DNA of 64,000 nucleotides from Thermodesulfobacteriota bacterium (GCA_965202785.1 OZ241855.1:1-64000), one strand, 5' to 3'; shown: positions 49,082-60,517, counted from the stretch's first letter. Numbers and translations: made by a program. The notes: generated by a model not told the origin, from the sequence alone.

Positions 49082-50029
49082 CTAAAGGATTCCCATTCCG
49101 TCAATTACTTCGCAAAGCTCTTTCACCTTGCCCGCCGAGACATGCAGAGCCTCCATCTCCTCGCTGGAGATCTCAACCCCTATTATCTCCTCGACCCCTT
49201 CCGCGCCGAGCCTTACGGGAAGACCCACGAACGTATCCTCCACTCCGTAATGTCCGTCCGCGTAAACGCAGCAGGGAAGCACTTTCTTCTTGTCCTTTAT
49301 GATCGCCTCGGCCATTTCCACCGCGGCTACCGCGGGGGCGTAAAAGGCGCTTCCGGTCTTAAGAAGCGCTACTATTTCGGCTCCTCCCTTCCTGGTGCGG
49401 TCGACCATAGCCTCAAGCCTGTCGGCTGGGACAAGCTGCGCTATGGGAATACCCGACACAGTGGTGTTGCTTAGAAGCGGAACCATCGTGTCTCCGTGTC
49501 CGCCGAGAACCGAGGCGTTTATGTTCTCAACCGATACCCCGAGCTCCATCGCGATAAACGCCCGGAAGCGCGCGGAATCAAGCACCCCCGCCATTCCCAT
49601 CACCTTGCTGTCTGAGAGGCCGCTTACCCTGTGCGCCACGTAGACCATGGCGTCAAGCGGGTTGGTTACCAGTATTAGTATCGCGTCGGGGGAATGAGCA
49701 ACCACCTGCTCGGTAACGCTCTTTACTACCTTGGTGTTTGTCGAGATAAGATCATCACGGCTCATCCCGGGCTTTCTCGGAATACCCGAGGTGATTATCA
49801 CCACGTCCGAACCTGCCGTGTCTTCGTAGTTGGTTGAACCGACGAGATTTACGTCGCTTCCGGTAATCGGGCACATCTGGGCAAGGTCAAGCGCCTTTCC
49901 CTCGGGAATTCCCTCCACTATGTCAATCAAAGCCACGTCGGCAAGTTCAAGCTGTGCAATCCGAAACGCCGCCGACGCGCCGACGTTTCCCGCACCTATC
50001 ACAGAAATTTTCGCTCTGCCGTTCTTCAA
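49082..50029 (-). CDS. mdh: Malate dehydrogenase (LDH-like)
   Basis: GAGNVG, PRKPGMSRDDL, NPLD, LDSARFR, GGHGD. Confidence 0.97.
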   Translation of the reverse strand: MKNGRAKISVIGAGNVGASAAFRIAQLELADVALIDIVEGIPEGKALDLAQMCPITGSDVNLVGSTNYEDTAGSDVVIITSGIPRKPGMSRDDLISTNTKVVKSVTEQVVAHSPDAILILVTNPLDAMVYVAHRVSGLSDSKVMGMAGVLDSARFRAFIAMELGVSVENINASVLGGHGDTMVPLLSNTTVSGIPIAQLVPADRLEAMVDRTRKGGAEIVALLKTGSAFYAPAVAAVEMAEAIIKDKKKVLPCCVYADGHYGVEDTFVGLPVRLGAEGVEEIIGVEISSEEMEALHVSAGKVKELCEVIDGMGIL

Positions 50030-50072
50030 GATCCCACTCCTTTTGAAAAGATTTGCTGTGCCGCGAGCCCCT

Positions 50073-51317
50073 CTAGTCCATTACCTTGTCCATGTTTGAC
50101 ACGATGGCCTCTCCATACTCGGAACACTTAAGAAGGGTCGCCCCCTCCATCTGCCTCTCGAGGTCATAGGTAACCGTTTTCTGCAAAACGGTCTCCTCCA
50201 TCGCCCTGAAAACAAGCTCGGCGGCCTCGTGCCATCCGAGGTACTGGAACATCATGACTCCCGAGAGTATCACGGAACCCGGGTTAACCTTGTCCTGCCC
50301 GGTGTACTTGGGAGCGGTTCCGTGGGTGGCTTCGAAACACGCCAGGTAATCGCCTATGTTGCCGCCCGGAGCGACTCCGAGACCTCCTACCTGCGCGGCG
50401 CAGGCATCCGACATGTAGTCGCCGTTTAGGTTGGGCATGGCCATCACGTCATATTCGCTCGGTCTCGTGAGAACCTGCTGGAACATGCTGTCGGCTATGC
50501 GGTCCTTTATTACGATCTTGCCCTCGGGCTGCTTGCCGCCGTGATCGTCCCAGAGCTCGTCCTCGGTCAGGGTGACCTCCGGGAACTCCTCTTTCGCAAG
50601 CTCGTAGCCCCATTCGCGGAAGGCGCCCTCGGTGAACTTCATTATGTTGCCCTTGTGAACGAGGGTGACGCTCTTTCTTTTGTACTCTATTGCGTATTCG
50701 ATCGCCTTTCTGACGAGCCTCTTGGTTCCGAAAGGACTTATGGGCTTTATTCCTATTCCGCTCAGCTCGCGGATGTTAACCCCGTAATTCTCGACGAGGT
50801 ACTCCCTTACGGCGGCCGCTTCCTCGGTACCGCTCTCCCACTCGATTCCCGCGTACACGTCCTCGGTGTTCTCCCTGAATATCACGACATCGAGCTTGCC
50901 GGGAACAAGAAGAGGGTTTGGGGTTCCCTTGATCCATCTCACGGGCCTGACACAGGCGTAGAGATCAAGTATCTGCCGGAGCGCGACGTTAAGACTCCTT
51001 ATTCCTCCTCCCACGGGAGTGGTAAGCGGGCCCTTGATTGCGACTATGTACTCCTTTATCGCCTCGGTGGTCGCCTCGGGGAGCCATTCGCCGGTCTCCT
51101 CATACGCCTTCTCGCCGGCCAGCACCTCAAGCCACGCTATCTTCTTTTTTCCTCCGTAAGCCTTCTCGACCGCGGCGTCAAACACTATCTGGGACGCGTA
51201 CCAGATGTCGGGGCCTATCCCGTCGCCTTCTATGAAGGGGATTATGGGGTTGTCGGGGATTACAAGCTTTCTGCTTCCCTCGTCAATCTGTATTTTTTCT
51301 CCGCTTGGGACTGTCAT
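50073..51317 (-). CDS. icd: Isocitrate dehydrogenase (NADP, prokaryotic dimeric)
   Basis: [48 protein letters not shown]. Confidence 0.98.
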   Translation of the reverse strand: MTVPSGEKIQIDEGSRKLVIPDNPIIPFIEGDGIGPDIWYASQIVFDAAVEKAYGGKKKIAWLEVLAGEKAYEETGEWLPEATTEAIKEYIVAIKGPLTTPVGGGIRSLNVALRQILDLYACVRPVRWIKGTPNPLLVPGKLDVVIFRENTEDVYAGIEWESGTEEAAAVREYLVENYGVNIRELSGIGIKPISPFGTKRLVRKAIEYAIEYKRKSVTLVHKGNIMKFTEGAFREWGYELAKEEFPEVTLTEDELWDDHGGKQPEGKIVIKDRIADSMFQQVLTRPSEYDVMAMPNLNGDYMSDACAAQVGGLGVAPGGNIGDYLACFEATHGTAPKYTGQDKVNPGSVILSGVMMFQYLGWHEAAELVFRAMEETVLQKTVTYDLERQMEGATLLKCSEYGEAIVSNMDKVMD

Positions 51318-51403
51318 TGAACACCTCTCTTTTTGAACTAAACGAAAATTTAAATCTCAAAATATAATGGAAAAAACCGCCCTTTTCAAATCCGCCTCTC
51401 AAC

Positions 51404-54070
51404 CTACCCCGATATCATCTGGCGCAGGACGGTCTGAAGTATCCCGCCGTTTCGGTAATACTCGACCTCAACCGGGGTATCGAGCCTGCACGTGGCGTGA
51501 AATTCCCTCTGCCCGCCATCTGCATCCGTCACGGTCACGGCCATCTGTTTGCCCGGATAAAGATCCTCCGAGATCCCGCTTATACTGAAGGTCTCAAAGC
51601 CCGTAAGGCCGAGGGATTCGGCGCTCTCTCCCTCTTCGAACTGAAGGGGCAGAACCCCCATTCCCACCAGGTTGCTTCTGTGAATCCGCTCGAAGCTCTC
51701 GGCTATGACGCACCTTGCGCCCAGAAGAGCGGTGCCCTTCGCGGCCCAGTCCCGGGAACTTCCCGTCCCGTACTCCTTCCCGCCGATCACGACAAGGTCC
51801 GTCCCGTCGCTCATGTACCTTGAGGACGCTTCGTAAATCGACATTTCCTCTCCCGTGGGAACGTGCACGGTCAACCCTCCTTCCTTTCCTCCGACCATCT
51901 TGTTCCTTATCCTGATGTTAGCAAACGACCCGCGGATCATAACCTCGTGGTTCCCCCTCCTTGAGCCGAAGCTGTTAAAGCTCCTCTGGGTAACGCCCTT
52001 CGAGATAAGGTAGCCGCCCGCGGGGCCGTCCTTGGGGATTGAGCCCGCCGGGGAGATATGGTCCGTGGTTATCGAGTCCCCGAGAAGCGCGAGCACGTTC
52101 GCGTTCTCTATGTCCTCGGGATCTTCGGGCTCAAGCGGGAAATCATCGAAAAATGGGGGCTCCTGTATGTAGGTTGATTCCGTATCCCACTCGTAAATGT
52201 CTGAGTGCGGGGCCTCAAGAGACTTCCAGGTCTCATCGCCCTCGAAAACCCGGGAGTACTGGCTGTTGAATATCTCGGGGGTGATTGACTGCGAAACGGT
52301 GTCGATTATCTCCTGCTGCGTCGGCCAGATGTCCTTTAGGTACACTTCGTCCCCGTCGCTTCCGACCCCTAGGGGTTCCGTGTAGAGATCAATTCCCACC
52401 TTGCCGGCTATCGCGAACGCCACTACAAGCGGAGGCGACGCCAGGTAGGCGAACTTCACGAGCGGGTGCACCCTGCCCTCAAAATTCCTGTTTCCGCTAA
52501 GAACCGCGGCGCAGGTAAGATCGCCCTCCCTTATGGCCGCGTCCACGTCTTCTGGAAGCGGGCCGCTGTTTCCTATGCAGGTCGTGCATCCGTACCCGAC
52601 CAAGTCAAAGCCCAGTTCTTCAAGGTACGGGGTAAGTCCCGCAGCGTTTAGGTAATCCGTTACCACCCTCGATCCCGGCGCCAGGCTCGTTTTCACGTAA
52701 GGCGAAACGGTGAGCCCTCTCTCGACGGCCTTCTTGGCAAAAAGCCCCGCCCCCACCATGACGGAGGGATTAGATGTGTTGGTACAGCTCGTTATGGCGG
52801 CTATCACCACCGAGCCGTCCGAGATTCCGTTCGCGGCGCGCGTGGCGTCTCCGTTCGCGGCAAGCCCTCTCGCCTGGAGGTTCTCGTTGTAGGAGCTTTT
52901 CATGTCGCCGAGCGATATCCTGTCCTGCGGGCGGCTCGGGCCCGCAAGTGAGGGTTCCACCGTTGATATGTCAAGTTCCAGCGTATCGGTGTAAACCGGA
53001 TCCTCGGCGTCGTCTGTTCTGAACATCTTCTGTTCCTTGGTGTAGGCCTCAACCAGCGTGGCGGCGTCATTCCTGCCCGTCGTCTCGAGATAGCGCAGGG
53101 TTTCTGCGTCCACCGGGAAAAATCCCATGGTGGCTCCGTACTCGGGAGCCATGTTCGCTATAGTGGCCTGATCAGAGAGCGCGAGATTGCTCACTCCGGG
53201 CCCGAAAAACTCGACGAACTTGCCGACAACCCCCTTTTTCCTGAGCATCTCGGTCACCGTGAGAACCAGGTCCGTTGCGGTGACTCCCTGGGAGAGGCGG
53301 CCTGTGAGCCTGAATCCGATAACGTCGGGTATCAGCATGTAAAGCGGCTGCCCGAGCATGCACGCCTCCGCCTCTATTCCCCCCACTCCCCAGCCCATGA
53401 CGCTTAGGCCGTTTATCATGGTCGTGTGGGAATCCGTTCCCACAAGGGTGTCCGGGTAAGCCACCGACTCCGAGTTGACCTGCTTTGAGACAACCACGCT
53501 CGCAAGGCACTCAAGGTTCACCTGGTGCACTATTCCGGTCCCCGGCGGCACGACCCTGAAATTGTCAAAAGACCCCTGGGCCCACTTAAGAAATGTATAT
53601 CTTTCCCTGTTTCTTTCGTACTCGACTTCCACGTTCTTGCCGAAAGCGTCGCCGCTTGCGAAATAGTCGACCTGAACTGAGTGGTCTATGACGAGATCAA
53701 CGGGAACTATGGGATTCACAAGCGAGGGGTCTCCCCCTTTTTTCTCGACCACCGACCTCATCGCGGCAAGGTCGACCACGCAGGGAACTCCCGTGAAATC
53801 CTGAAGTATCACTCTCGCCGGGTTGTAGGGAATCTCCTTGGCCTCGGCGTTCGAGGGATCCCAGTTGGCAAGGGACTCAACGTGCCGCTCCGTCACGGTC
53901 TCTCCGTCAAGGTTCCTGAGCACGTTCTCAAGCAGTATTCTTATTGAAAAAGGAAGTCTAGAAATAGATGCTCCGTAGCGCGATTCAAGCTTCGCGAGGG
54001 AGTATATCTTGTAGGTTTTGTCCCCGACTGCGAGGTCGGAGAGAGCCCCTAGATGATTAGTTAAAGCCAT
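51404..54070 (-). CDS. acnA: Aconitate hydratase A
   Basis: [40 protein letters not shown]; ATG 54070 with SD GAGG. Confidence 0.98.
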   Translation of the reverse strand: MALTNHLGALSDLAVGDKTYKIYSLAKLESRYGASISRLPFSIRILLENVLRNLDGETVTERHVESLANWDPSNAEAKEIPYNPARVILQDFTGVPCVVDLAAMRSVVEKKGGDPSLVNPIVPVDLVIDHSVQVDYFASGDAFGKNVEVEYERNRERYTFLKWAQGSFDNFRVVPPGTGIVHQVNLECLASVVVSKQVNSESVAYPDTLVGTDSHTTMINGLSVMGWGVGGIEAEACMLGQPLYMLIPDVIGFRLTGRLSQGVTATDLVLTVTEMLRKKGVVGKFVEFFGPGVSNLALSDQATIANMAPEYGATMGFFPVDAETLRYLETTGRNDAATLVEAYTKEQKMFRTDDAEDPVYTDTLELDISTVEPSLAGPSRPQDRISLGDMKSSYNENLQARGLAANGDATRAANGISDGSVVIAAITSCTNTSNPSVMVGAGLFAKKAVERGLTVSPYVKTSLAPGSRVVTDYLNAAGLTPYLEELGFDLVGYGCTTCIGNSGPLPEDVDAAIREGDLTCAAVLSGNRNFEGRVHPLVKFAYLASPPLVVAFAIAGKVGIDLYTEPLGVGSDGDEVYLKDIWPTQQEIIDTVSQSITPEIFNSQYSRVFEGDETWKSLEAPHSDIYEWDTESTYIQEPPFFDDFPLEPEDPEDIENANVLALLGDSITTDHISPAGSIPKDGPAGGYLISKGVTQRSFNSFGSRRGNHEVMIRGSFANIRIRNKMVGGKEGGLTVHVPTGEEMSIYEASSRYMSDGTDLVVIGGKEYGTGSSRDWAAKGTALLGARCVIAESFERIHRSNLVGMGVLPLQFEEGESAESLGLTGFETFSISGISEDLYPGKQMAVTVTDADGGQREFHATCRLDTPVEVEYYRNGGILQTVLRQMISG

Positions 54071-54127
54071 ACTGTACCTCTCTCTCTTCAAGGTTCCGCA
54101 TTTGCGGAGTTAGCGGGGTATTTTACC

Positions 54128-54154
54128 AAAACGAGCGGAAAAATAAAACCGCTC
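54128..54154 (-). terminator. Possible intrinsic terminator after fabF
   Basis: GAGCGG-N10-CCGCTC hairpin followed by GTTTT on minus strand. Confidence 0.35.
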
Positions 54155-54219
54155 CCCGCGCAACGCGCGTGAGCTAAGCGATTTCGGAGTTACGGAGGGT
54201 TTTTTGTGACTTAGGAACG

Positions 54220-55452
54220 TCAGCTGAACTTGCGAAGCGCGACACTCACGTTCGTTCCGCCGAAACCGTAGGAATTGCTGAGCGCCACCTCTATGTCGCT
54301 CTCCCTCGCGGTGTGCGGAACGTAATCCAGATCGCATTCAGGATCGCTCTCAAAGAGGTTTATAGTCGGCGGCAAAACGCCGTCTCGAAGCGCAAGCACG
54401 CAGATTGCCGCTTCCACCGCGCCCGCCGCTCCCAGCAGGTGGCCGGTCATGGATTTCGTGGAACTCACCGGAATTCGCCGGGCGTCCTCGCCGAACACTT
54501 CCTTGATCGCGTTGGTCTCGTTAACGTCGTTAAGACGCGTCGAGGTTCCGTGGGCGTTTATGTAGTCCACGTCCCCGGGATTAAGGCCCGAATCCGAAAG
54601 AGCCGCGTTCATGCAGCTGCTCGGTCCCTCAAGCGAAGGCGCCGTGATGTGAAAAGCGTCCGCGCTCATTCCGGAGCCCAGCACCTCGGCGTATATCCTG
54701 GCGCCCCTTTTTTTCGCGAACTCAAGCTCTTCAAGAATCAGCACTCCCGCCCCTTCTGAAAGGATAAACCCGTCGCGCCCCGCCTCAAAAGGCCTTGAAG
54801 CGGTCTCGGGATCGTCGTTTCTGGTTGAAAGCGCCTTCATGGCGTTAAAAGCCGCGAAGGTAAGGGGTATAAGCGGAGCTTCGGCTCCGCCGGCTATCAT
54901 AACGTCCGCCTTGCCGTCCTTTATTATCTTGGCGGAAAGCGCAAGCGAGTGGCCGCTTGCGGAACACGCTGTCGTCGAGGAACAGTTAGGACCCTTGGCG
55001 TTGAACCTTATCGAGACGTATCCCGAAGCCATGTTGGTCACTATATTGGGTATGAAAAAAGGAGAAACGCGGCCCGGACCCTTGTTCTCCATCGTAAGCA
55101 CGGTGTCGTAGAAGGTCTTCATCCCGCCGATTCCCGATCCGATAAAAGTCCCCGTGCGCCCGGAGATATCATCGGTAACCTCAAGCCCCGCGTCAGAGAG
55201 CGCAAGCGCCGTTGACGCGATGGAGAGTTGAATGAACCTGTCGTTTCTCTTCGCGTCCTTGGGCTCCATGTAGAGCGTGGGATCGAAATCCTTCACCTGC
55301 CCGGCGATCTGGGTTTTAAGATCCGAGGGATCAAAGGACGAAACCCTGCTCACTCCGGGGGTCCCTTCGCAGATTGAAGACCACGTGGCGTCGTTCCCCA
55401 CCCCGACGGGCGTTATTAGCCCTATGCCTGTAACCACTACCCTTCTTGACAT
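54220..55452 (-). CDS. fabF: 3-oxoacyl-ACP synthase II
   Basis: TACSAS, NAHGTST, TGHLLGAAG, SYGFGG. Confidence 0.97.
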   Translation of the reverse strand: MSRRVVVTGIGLITPVGVGNDATWSSICEGTPGVSRVSSFDPSDLKTQIAGQVKDFDPTLYMEPKDAKRNDRFIQLSIASTALALSDAGLEVTDDISGRTGTFIGSGIGGMKTFYDTVLTMENKGPGRVSPFFIPNIVTNMASGYVSIRFNAKGPNCSSTTACSASGHSLALSAKIIKDGKADVMIAGGAEAPLIPLTFAAFNAMKALSTRNDDPETASRPFEAGRDGFILSEGAGVLILEELEFAKKRGARIYAEVLGSGMSADAFHITAPSLEGPSSCMNAALSDSGLNPGDVDYINAHGTSTRLNDVNETNAIKEVFGEDARRIPVSSTKSMTGHLLGAAGAVEAAICVLALRDGVLPPTINLFESDPECDLDYVPHTARESDIEVALSNSYGFGGTNVSVALRKFS

Positions 55453-55458
55453 ATTTCC

Positions 55459-55734
55459 TCAGCCATCCTCCGAAGCGGATTCAACTGAACTCTGGATAAA
55501 GTTGATCGCGTCCTGAACGGTTATTATGTTCTCCGCGTCTTCATCCGAGATCTCAAGCCCGAACTCATCCTCCATGGACATTATGAGTTCCACGAGGTCA
55601 AGCGAGTCGGCTCCGAGATCCTCTATAAAGGAAGAATCGGGAGTTATCTCCTCCTCGGACTTGCCGAGGTGGCTCGCGACCATTTCCTTTACCTTAGCTA
55701 AAATTTCCGCATTATCCTTTGACATATGAGTCAA
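55459..55734 (-). CDS. acpP: Acyl carrier protein
   Basis: [12 protein letters not shown]. Confidence 0.97.
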   Translation of the reverse strand: MTHMSKDNAEILAKVKEMVASHLGKSEEEITPDSSFIEDLGADSLDLVELIMSMEDEFGLEISDEDAENIITVQDAINFIQSSVESASEDG

Positions 55735-55749
55735 ACCTCCTACTAAATT

Positions 55750-56499
55750 TTACATGTAAATTCCGCCGTTAACCTTTATAACCTCCCCGGTTATATACGA
55801 GGCGCCTTCGGAAATCAGGAAACACACAACACTTGAGATATCCTCAACGCGCCCGAAGCGGCCGAGAGGTATGGCTTCCAGATATTTCTTTCTCATGTCC
55901 TCGTTAAGGTCGGCGATAATATCCGTTTCAACAAAACCGGGACTTACGGCGTTTACCGTTATCCCTCTTGGGCTGAACTCCTTGGCCGTCGATTTCGTAA
56001 AGCCTATTACCCCGGCTTTCGAGGCGGCGTAATTCGCCTGCCCCGGGTTTCCAGCCTCCCCGGCAGCCGAGATGATATTCACTATTCTTCCGTAACGGTT
56101 CTTGAACATGCCCCTTGAAACCGCCTTGGTACAGTTAAACGTTCCCTTGAGGTTTATATCCATGACGCGGTCCCAGTCCTCCTCCCCCATCCTCATCAAA
56201 AGCCCGTCATTCCTTATACCCGCATTGTTAACGAGTATCTGTATTCCGTTAAGCTCGCTTGAGAGTTCCCCCACGATTTTTTGAACCTCGTCAAAATCGG
56301 AAACATCAAAGCCGACCACCCTGCCGCTGCCCCCGTCCTGCTCTATCTCCCCCAGGGTTTCCTCGGCCGCCTCCTGGTTGCTCGCGTAGTTAATCAGCAC
56401 GTACGCGCCGCAGGAGGCGAGTTTCTTCGCAATGTCTTTTCCTATCCCCCGCGATCCGCCCGTGACAAGGGCAACCTGGTTAGTCAGTTCCAGTTTCAT
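55750..56499 (-). CDS. fabG: 3-oxoacyl-ACP reductase
   Basis: TGGSRGIG, NNAG, YAASK; ATG 56499 overlaps fabD end. Confidence 0.96.
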   Translation of the reverse strand: MKLELTNQVALVTGGSRGIGKDIAKKLASCGAYVLINYASNQEAAEETLGEIEQDGGSGRVVGFDVSDFDEVQKIVGELSSELNGIQILVNNAGIRNDGLLMRMGEEDWDRVMDINLKGTFNCTKAVSRGMFKNRYGRIVNIISAAGEAGNPGQANYAASKAGVIGFTKSTAKEFSPRGITVNAVSPGFVETDIIADLNEDMRKKYLEAIPLGRFGRVEDISSVVCFLISEGASYITGEVIKVNGGIYM

Positions 56500-57421
56500 G
56501 TGCTTTAATATGATGTAACTCGTCCGGTTTTTCAATACCGGCGCAACTAACGCCTTTAAGAGTTCTTTTCACAAGACCGCTCAGAACCTTGGAGGGGCCG
56601 ATCTCGAGAAACTCGGAAACCCCGGAGTTCTTCAGGAACTCAAGGGACTCAGCCCATCTCACGGGACTTACCACCTGCTCTACCAGGATGTCCGCCACCC
56701 TCGTGGAATCGGAGTTGGCCTCCGCCCCGACATTTGTGACTACGGGATACTTAATGGGGCGAAAATCTATTTCCGAAAGAACGTCCCCGAGACGCGCGGC
56801 CGCGGGCTCCATGAGGGAGCAGTGAAAAGGCGCGCTTACCTCGAGCTCGACGACCCGTCTTGCCCCTTTTTCCCTGGCAAGCTCCGATGCGGCCTCGACG
56901 GCCCGGGCTTCTCCCGAGATAACGGTCTGGGTGGGTGAATTGAAATTGGCCGGGGAAACCACGCTCTGCTCCCCCGCAACCTCGGCGCAGAGCCCGCTTA
57001 CTTCCTCTGACGTTAGGCCGAGCACGGCAGCCATTTTCCCGACTCCCGCCGGAACCGCCTCCTGCATGAACTCCCCTCTTTTTCTCACGGTACGCACGGC
57101 GTCGCCAAACCCGAGGCACCCGGACGCGACAAGGGCCGTAAATTCCCCGAGGCTGTGCCCCGCCACCAGGTCCGGCCTTACCTCCGTCTCCTCAAGGACC
57201 ACTCTTAACGCCGCCACGCTTGCTGTAAGTATCGCCGGCTGCGCGTTCGCGGTAAGGGCTAGGGTCGCCGCCTCGCCCTCAAAGCAAAGCTTCGCTATGT
57301 CAACTCCGAGAGCGTCGCTTGCTTCCTCGAAAGTCCGCCTGGCAACCTCGAACTCGGTGCAGAAGTCAGCGCCCATACCAATGTACTGGGAACCCTGGCC
57401 TGGAAAAAGGAAAGCTATCAT
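56480..57421 (-). CDS. fabD: Malonyl-CoA:ACP transacylase
   Basis: FPGQGSQ, GHSLGE, VSAPFH. Confidence 0.97.
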   Translation of the reverse strand: MIAFLFPGQGSQYIGMGADFCTEFEVARRTFEEASDALGVDIAKLCFEGEAATLALTANAQPAILTASVAALRVVLEETEVRPDLVAGHSLGEFTALVASGCLGFGDAVRTVRKRGEFMQEAVPAGVGKMAAVLGLTSEEVSGLCAEVAGEQSVVSPANFNSPTQTVISGEARAVEAASELAREKGARRVVELEVSAPFHCSLMEPAAARLGDVLSEIDFRPIKYPVVTNVGAEANSDSTRVADILVEQVVSPVRWAESLEFLKNSGVSEFLEIGPSKVLSGLVKRTLKGVSCAGIEKPDELHHIKAHETGTD

Positions 57422-57436
57422 GGATTCAGTGTGTTT

Positions 57437-57640
57437 TTAGTCTTCCGCAGGGACTTCGGTATCCGGAGCCTCTCTGAAGAAATTCCTTCCCTTGTAGTAA
57501 CCGCAGCTGGGACACGCCCTGTGGGGAGGCTTCATCTCGTTGCACTCGGGACAGAAGGAAGCTCCCGGCACCGCGACTCTGTAATGGGTTCTTCTTTTTC
57601 TCGATTTCGATTTGGAAGTCTTTCTCTTGGGTAATGCCAT
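57437..57640 (-). CDS. rpmF: 50S ribosomal protein L32 (Zn-binding)
   Basis: MALPKRKTSKS, CPEC..PHRACPSCGYY. Confidence 0.96.
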   Translation of the reverse strand: MALPKRKTSKSKSRKRRTHYRVAVPGASFCPECNEMKPPHRACPSCGYYKGRNFFREAPDTEVPAED

Positions 57641-57660
57641 CTCAATCTCCTGGCTTGAAG

Positions 57661-58170
57661 CTATATCTTTATATTTTTAAGTACCGCAAAACGCGAGTCT
57701 TTCTGGTGGGTCTCGCATCCGCAGCGCTGCTCGTTCAGGTTCTGCCCGCACTCGCTGCAAAGTCCCCTGCAGTCCTCGGCGCAGAGCACCTTGTAGGGAA
57801 GCGAAAGATTCACCTGTTCTCTCATGTAATCGTTAAGGTCTATTTTTCTCCCGCGGTAAGTTTCATAATCTATCTCCCCGCCCGCTTCCTCCTTCCTTTC
57901 CGTCTCAGAAGGCGAAAGGATGAGTTTTACCTCAAGATTCGTATCAACGCTTACGTCGCTTAAGCAACGGGAACACCGGGCGGCGGCCAGGAATCCGATT
58001 TTCCCCCGCACGCTTATCTCGCCCGCCGTGCGTAAAAGATCAATATGAAACTCTATATCGGAATCCACGCTCGCGACCTCTGATTTCTCGGAACCGCCGA
58101 GCCATCCCGGCCCCCTCTTTAGATCAAGGCTTAATCCGCCGTCTCCTATTTCCGATACGTTAACTATCAT
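57661..58170 (-). CDS. yceD: YceD/DUF177 family protein
   Basis: CSRCL, LCAEDCRGLCSECGQNLN, DSRFAVL; upstream of rpmF. Confidence 0.9.
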   Translation of the reverse strand: MIVNVSEIGDGGLSLDLKRGPGWLGGSEKSEVASVDSDIEFHIDLLRTAGEISVRGKIGFLAAARCSRCLSDVSVDTNLEVKLILSPSETERKEEAGGEIDYETYRGRKIDLNDYMREQVNLSLPYKVLCAEDCRGLCSECGQNLNEQRCGCETHQKDSRFAVLKNIKI

Positions 58171-58202
58171 CGCGCGGAAACCCCGCCTGTTAAAATCGTT
58201 CT

Positions 58203-58230
58203 AATATAAACCACAATCGCTTTATTGCAA
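58203..58230 (-). promoter_or_regulatory. Putative sigma70 promoter of yceD-rpmF-fab operon
   Basis: Minus strand TTGCAA-N16-TATATT. Confidence 0.45.
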
Positions 58231-58353
58231 GTTATTCAGAAAAAATGGAAAGATCCTTCTAATATCGCTCTCTTCTTAACGCTTTGATGTATACCTATCT
58301 CTATAAGAATTAGCATAGTACTTAAAAGGTCTAGGACTAGACAGACAGTCCAA

Positions 58354-58376
58354 GTTCAGTTATCGATATCTTGCCA
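58354..58376 (-). repeat. Terminal-repeat-like motif copy at start of island C (TGGCAAGATATCGATAACTGAAC)
   Basis: 16/23 identical to copy at 23269. Confidence 0.4.
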
Positions 58377-58405
58377 TTAAAACAGAGACTGAGACAGTGG
58401 AGAAT

Positions 58406-58525
58406 ATGTTGGATTTAATACAGCTTTTGTTGTTTCTGTTTGCGGGATTTGTTACTGCTGCAACACTCTCTAACTTATACGTCTTACCCCAAGCTTTTCC
58501 GGTAGGGATTTTTCAAAAACCTTAG
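58406..58525 (+). CDS. Possible 39-aa single-TM peptide
   Basis: SD GGAG; MLDLIQLLLFLFAGFVTAATLSNLYVLPQAFPVGIFQKP; below ORF-track cutoff. Confidence 0.3.
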   Translation: MLDLIQLLLFLFAGFVTAATLSNLYVLPQAFPVGIFQKP

Positions 58526-58544
58526 CAATGGACAGAACTGCGTA

Positions 58545-60380
58545 ATGAAAGAAATACAGGGTGACGCAAAGAATATATCTAGTCTTTTGGGCAACTCTAA
58601 GTTTTCCATTGATTACTACCAGCGCGAGTACAGGTGGGAAAAAAAACACGTAGTCAAGCTGATTGAAGATCTGACAGAAAAGTTTCTCGATAGCCATGAA
58701 AAGGGAAACGAACGTAGCGAAGTTGAAAATTACGGACGCTATTTTCTCGGTTCCGTTATTATCAGTCACAAAGACCATCGGAGATTCATAGTCGACGGTC
58801 AGCAGCGTCTTACCTCGATAACCCTGCTTTTAATTCACCTATACAGACATGCAGACAACGGCCAGAAGCAGCAGATATCAAACCTTGTCTTTTCTGAAAA
58901 ATTCGGTACCCGTTCTTTTAACCTTGATATTGATGAGCGCGCCGAGTGCATGGAAAGACTTTTCTCGGGAAACCCGTTTGACGAAATGGGGAAACCCGAA
59001 TCCGTGGCAAACATAGTCGCACGCTTTGAAGACATTGCCGACAGCTTTCCCGGTGAGTTGCTTGACCCGAAAATTCTTCCCTATTTCGCCGACTGGCTGA
59101 TGGAAAACGTATACTTGGTGGAAATAACCGCATACTCAGATGCTGACGCCTATACGATCTTCGAGACAATGAACGATCGCGGTCTTTCTCTTACGCCGAC
59201 GGATATGCTTAAAGGCTATCTTCTTGCTAATATCACCGATGCTCAACTTCGTAACGAAGCGAACCGCGTGTGGAGAGAACGCATCGAGTCGCTTCGGGAA
59301 CTAGGCAGGGAAGAAGACGCAGACTGTATCAAAAACTGGCTTCGGAGCCAACACGCAGAGACCATACGTGACCGAAGGCGAGGGGCTCAGCCCGGCGATT
59401 TTGATCTTATCGGCACCGAGTTCCACAGGTGGGTACGCAACCACGAGAAAGACCTCTCGCTTAACCGTAGCGCCGACTTCAGAAGTTTTATTAGCAATGA
59501 CTTCGAATTTTATAGCCGCTGGTATGAACATGTTCGCCGAGCTGCCGAAACATTAACCCAAGAACTGGAAACCGTTTACTTCAACGCACAGAATAATTTC
59601 ACGCTCCAGTATCAGGTTCTGCTGGCACCGATCAAACGAGGCGAAAGCGAAAAACTTATTCTTCTCAAGCTCCAGCTTGTCGCTTCTTTCATTGACATCC
59701 TGATTGCCCGGCGAGTCTGGAATTTTAAGTCGACAACCTATTCAACAATGCAGTATGCGATGCAGCTTCTGGTGCGCGATATTCGTGGCAGTTCCTTGGG
59801 GGAACTTACGGGAATACTGAACGAACGCCTTGTGAATGACGGGAATACGTTTGCGGGCAACGATGGCTTCCGTCTGCATGGTGCAAACAGAAGCCAGGTA
59901 CATCGTCTGCTTGCGCGCATGACTCACTATGTGGAGCTACACTCCGGTTGGGAGAATTCCCGCTATGAGGACTACGCTAAGCGTAGCGGCAAGGGCGGCT
60001 ACCAGATAGAACATATCTGGGCCAACCATCCCCAGCGTCACGAGGACGAATTCGATGACCCCAATGATTTTGATCAGTACCGCAACCGGATCGGCGGACT
60101 GGTACTGCTGCCAAATAGCGTAAACGCAAGTTTCGGAGATAATTCTTACACAGAAAAGCTTGATTACTATTACGGAGAAAATCTTTTAGCCCGGAGCCTT
60201 AATGAGAAAGCTTACAAACACGACCCCGGTTTTTCCCGATTCCTTGGAGAGTCGGAACTGCCATTCCGTCCGCACCTCAAGTTCAAAAGAGCTGATCTTG
60301 AGTCAAGACAAGAGCTTTACAGGAAAATCGCTGAGCGGATATGGAACCCGCAAGTACTGCTTCGGGAAGCGGATACCTAA
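58545..60380 (+). CDS. GmrSD-family type IV restriction protein (DUF262 + DUF1524/HNH)
   Basis: YQREYRW, IVDGQQRLTS, IFETMNDRG, IEHIW, RIGGLVLL..N. Confidence 0.9.
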   Translation: MKEIQGDAKNISSLLGNSKFSIDYYQREYRWEKKHVVKLIEDLTEKFLDSHEKGNERSEVENYGRYFLGSVIISHKDHRRFIVDGQQRLTSITLLLIHLYRHADNGQKQQISNLVFSEKFGTRSFNLDIDERAECMERLFSGNPFDEMGKPESVANIVARFEDIADSFPGELLDPKILPYFADWLMENVYLVEITAYSDADAYTIFETMNDRGLSLTPTDMLKGYLLANITDAQLRNEANRVWRERIESLRELGREEDADCIKNWLRSQHAETIRDRRRGAQPGDFDLIGTEFHRWVRNHEKDLSLNRSADFRSFISNDFEFYSRWYEHVRRAAETLTQELETVYFNAQNNFTLQYQVLLAPIKRGESEKLILLKLQLVASFIDILIARRVWNFKSTTYSTMQYAMQLLVRDIRGSSLGELTGILNERLVNDGNTFAGNDGFRLHGANRSQVHRLLARMTHYVELHSGWENSRYEDYAKRSGKGGYQIEHIWANHPQRHEDEFDDPNDFDQYRNRIGGLVLLPNSVNASFGDNSYTEKLDYYYGENLLARSLNEKAYKHDPGFSRFLGESELPFRPHLKFKRADLESRQELYRKIAERIWNPQVLLREADT

Positions 60381-60517
60381 TTATTTCCAGCCGCACTGGC
60401 ACTTCTGTTGAATCTTTTGAAGAAGCTCTTGATGAATTTGGTTGTTTGATTCGGGCACATATAGAATATGCTTGCCGGAACGATAATGTTATTGGGAGAT
60501 TTAGGTCAGAAACATAA

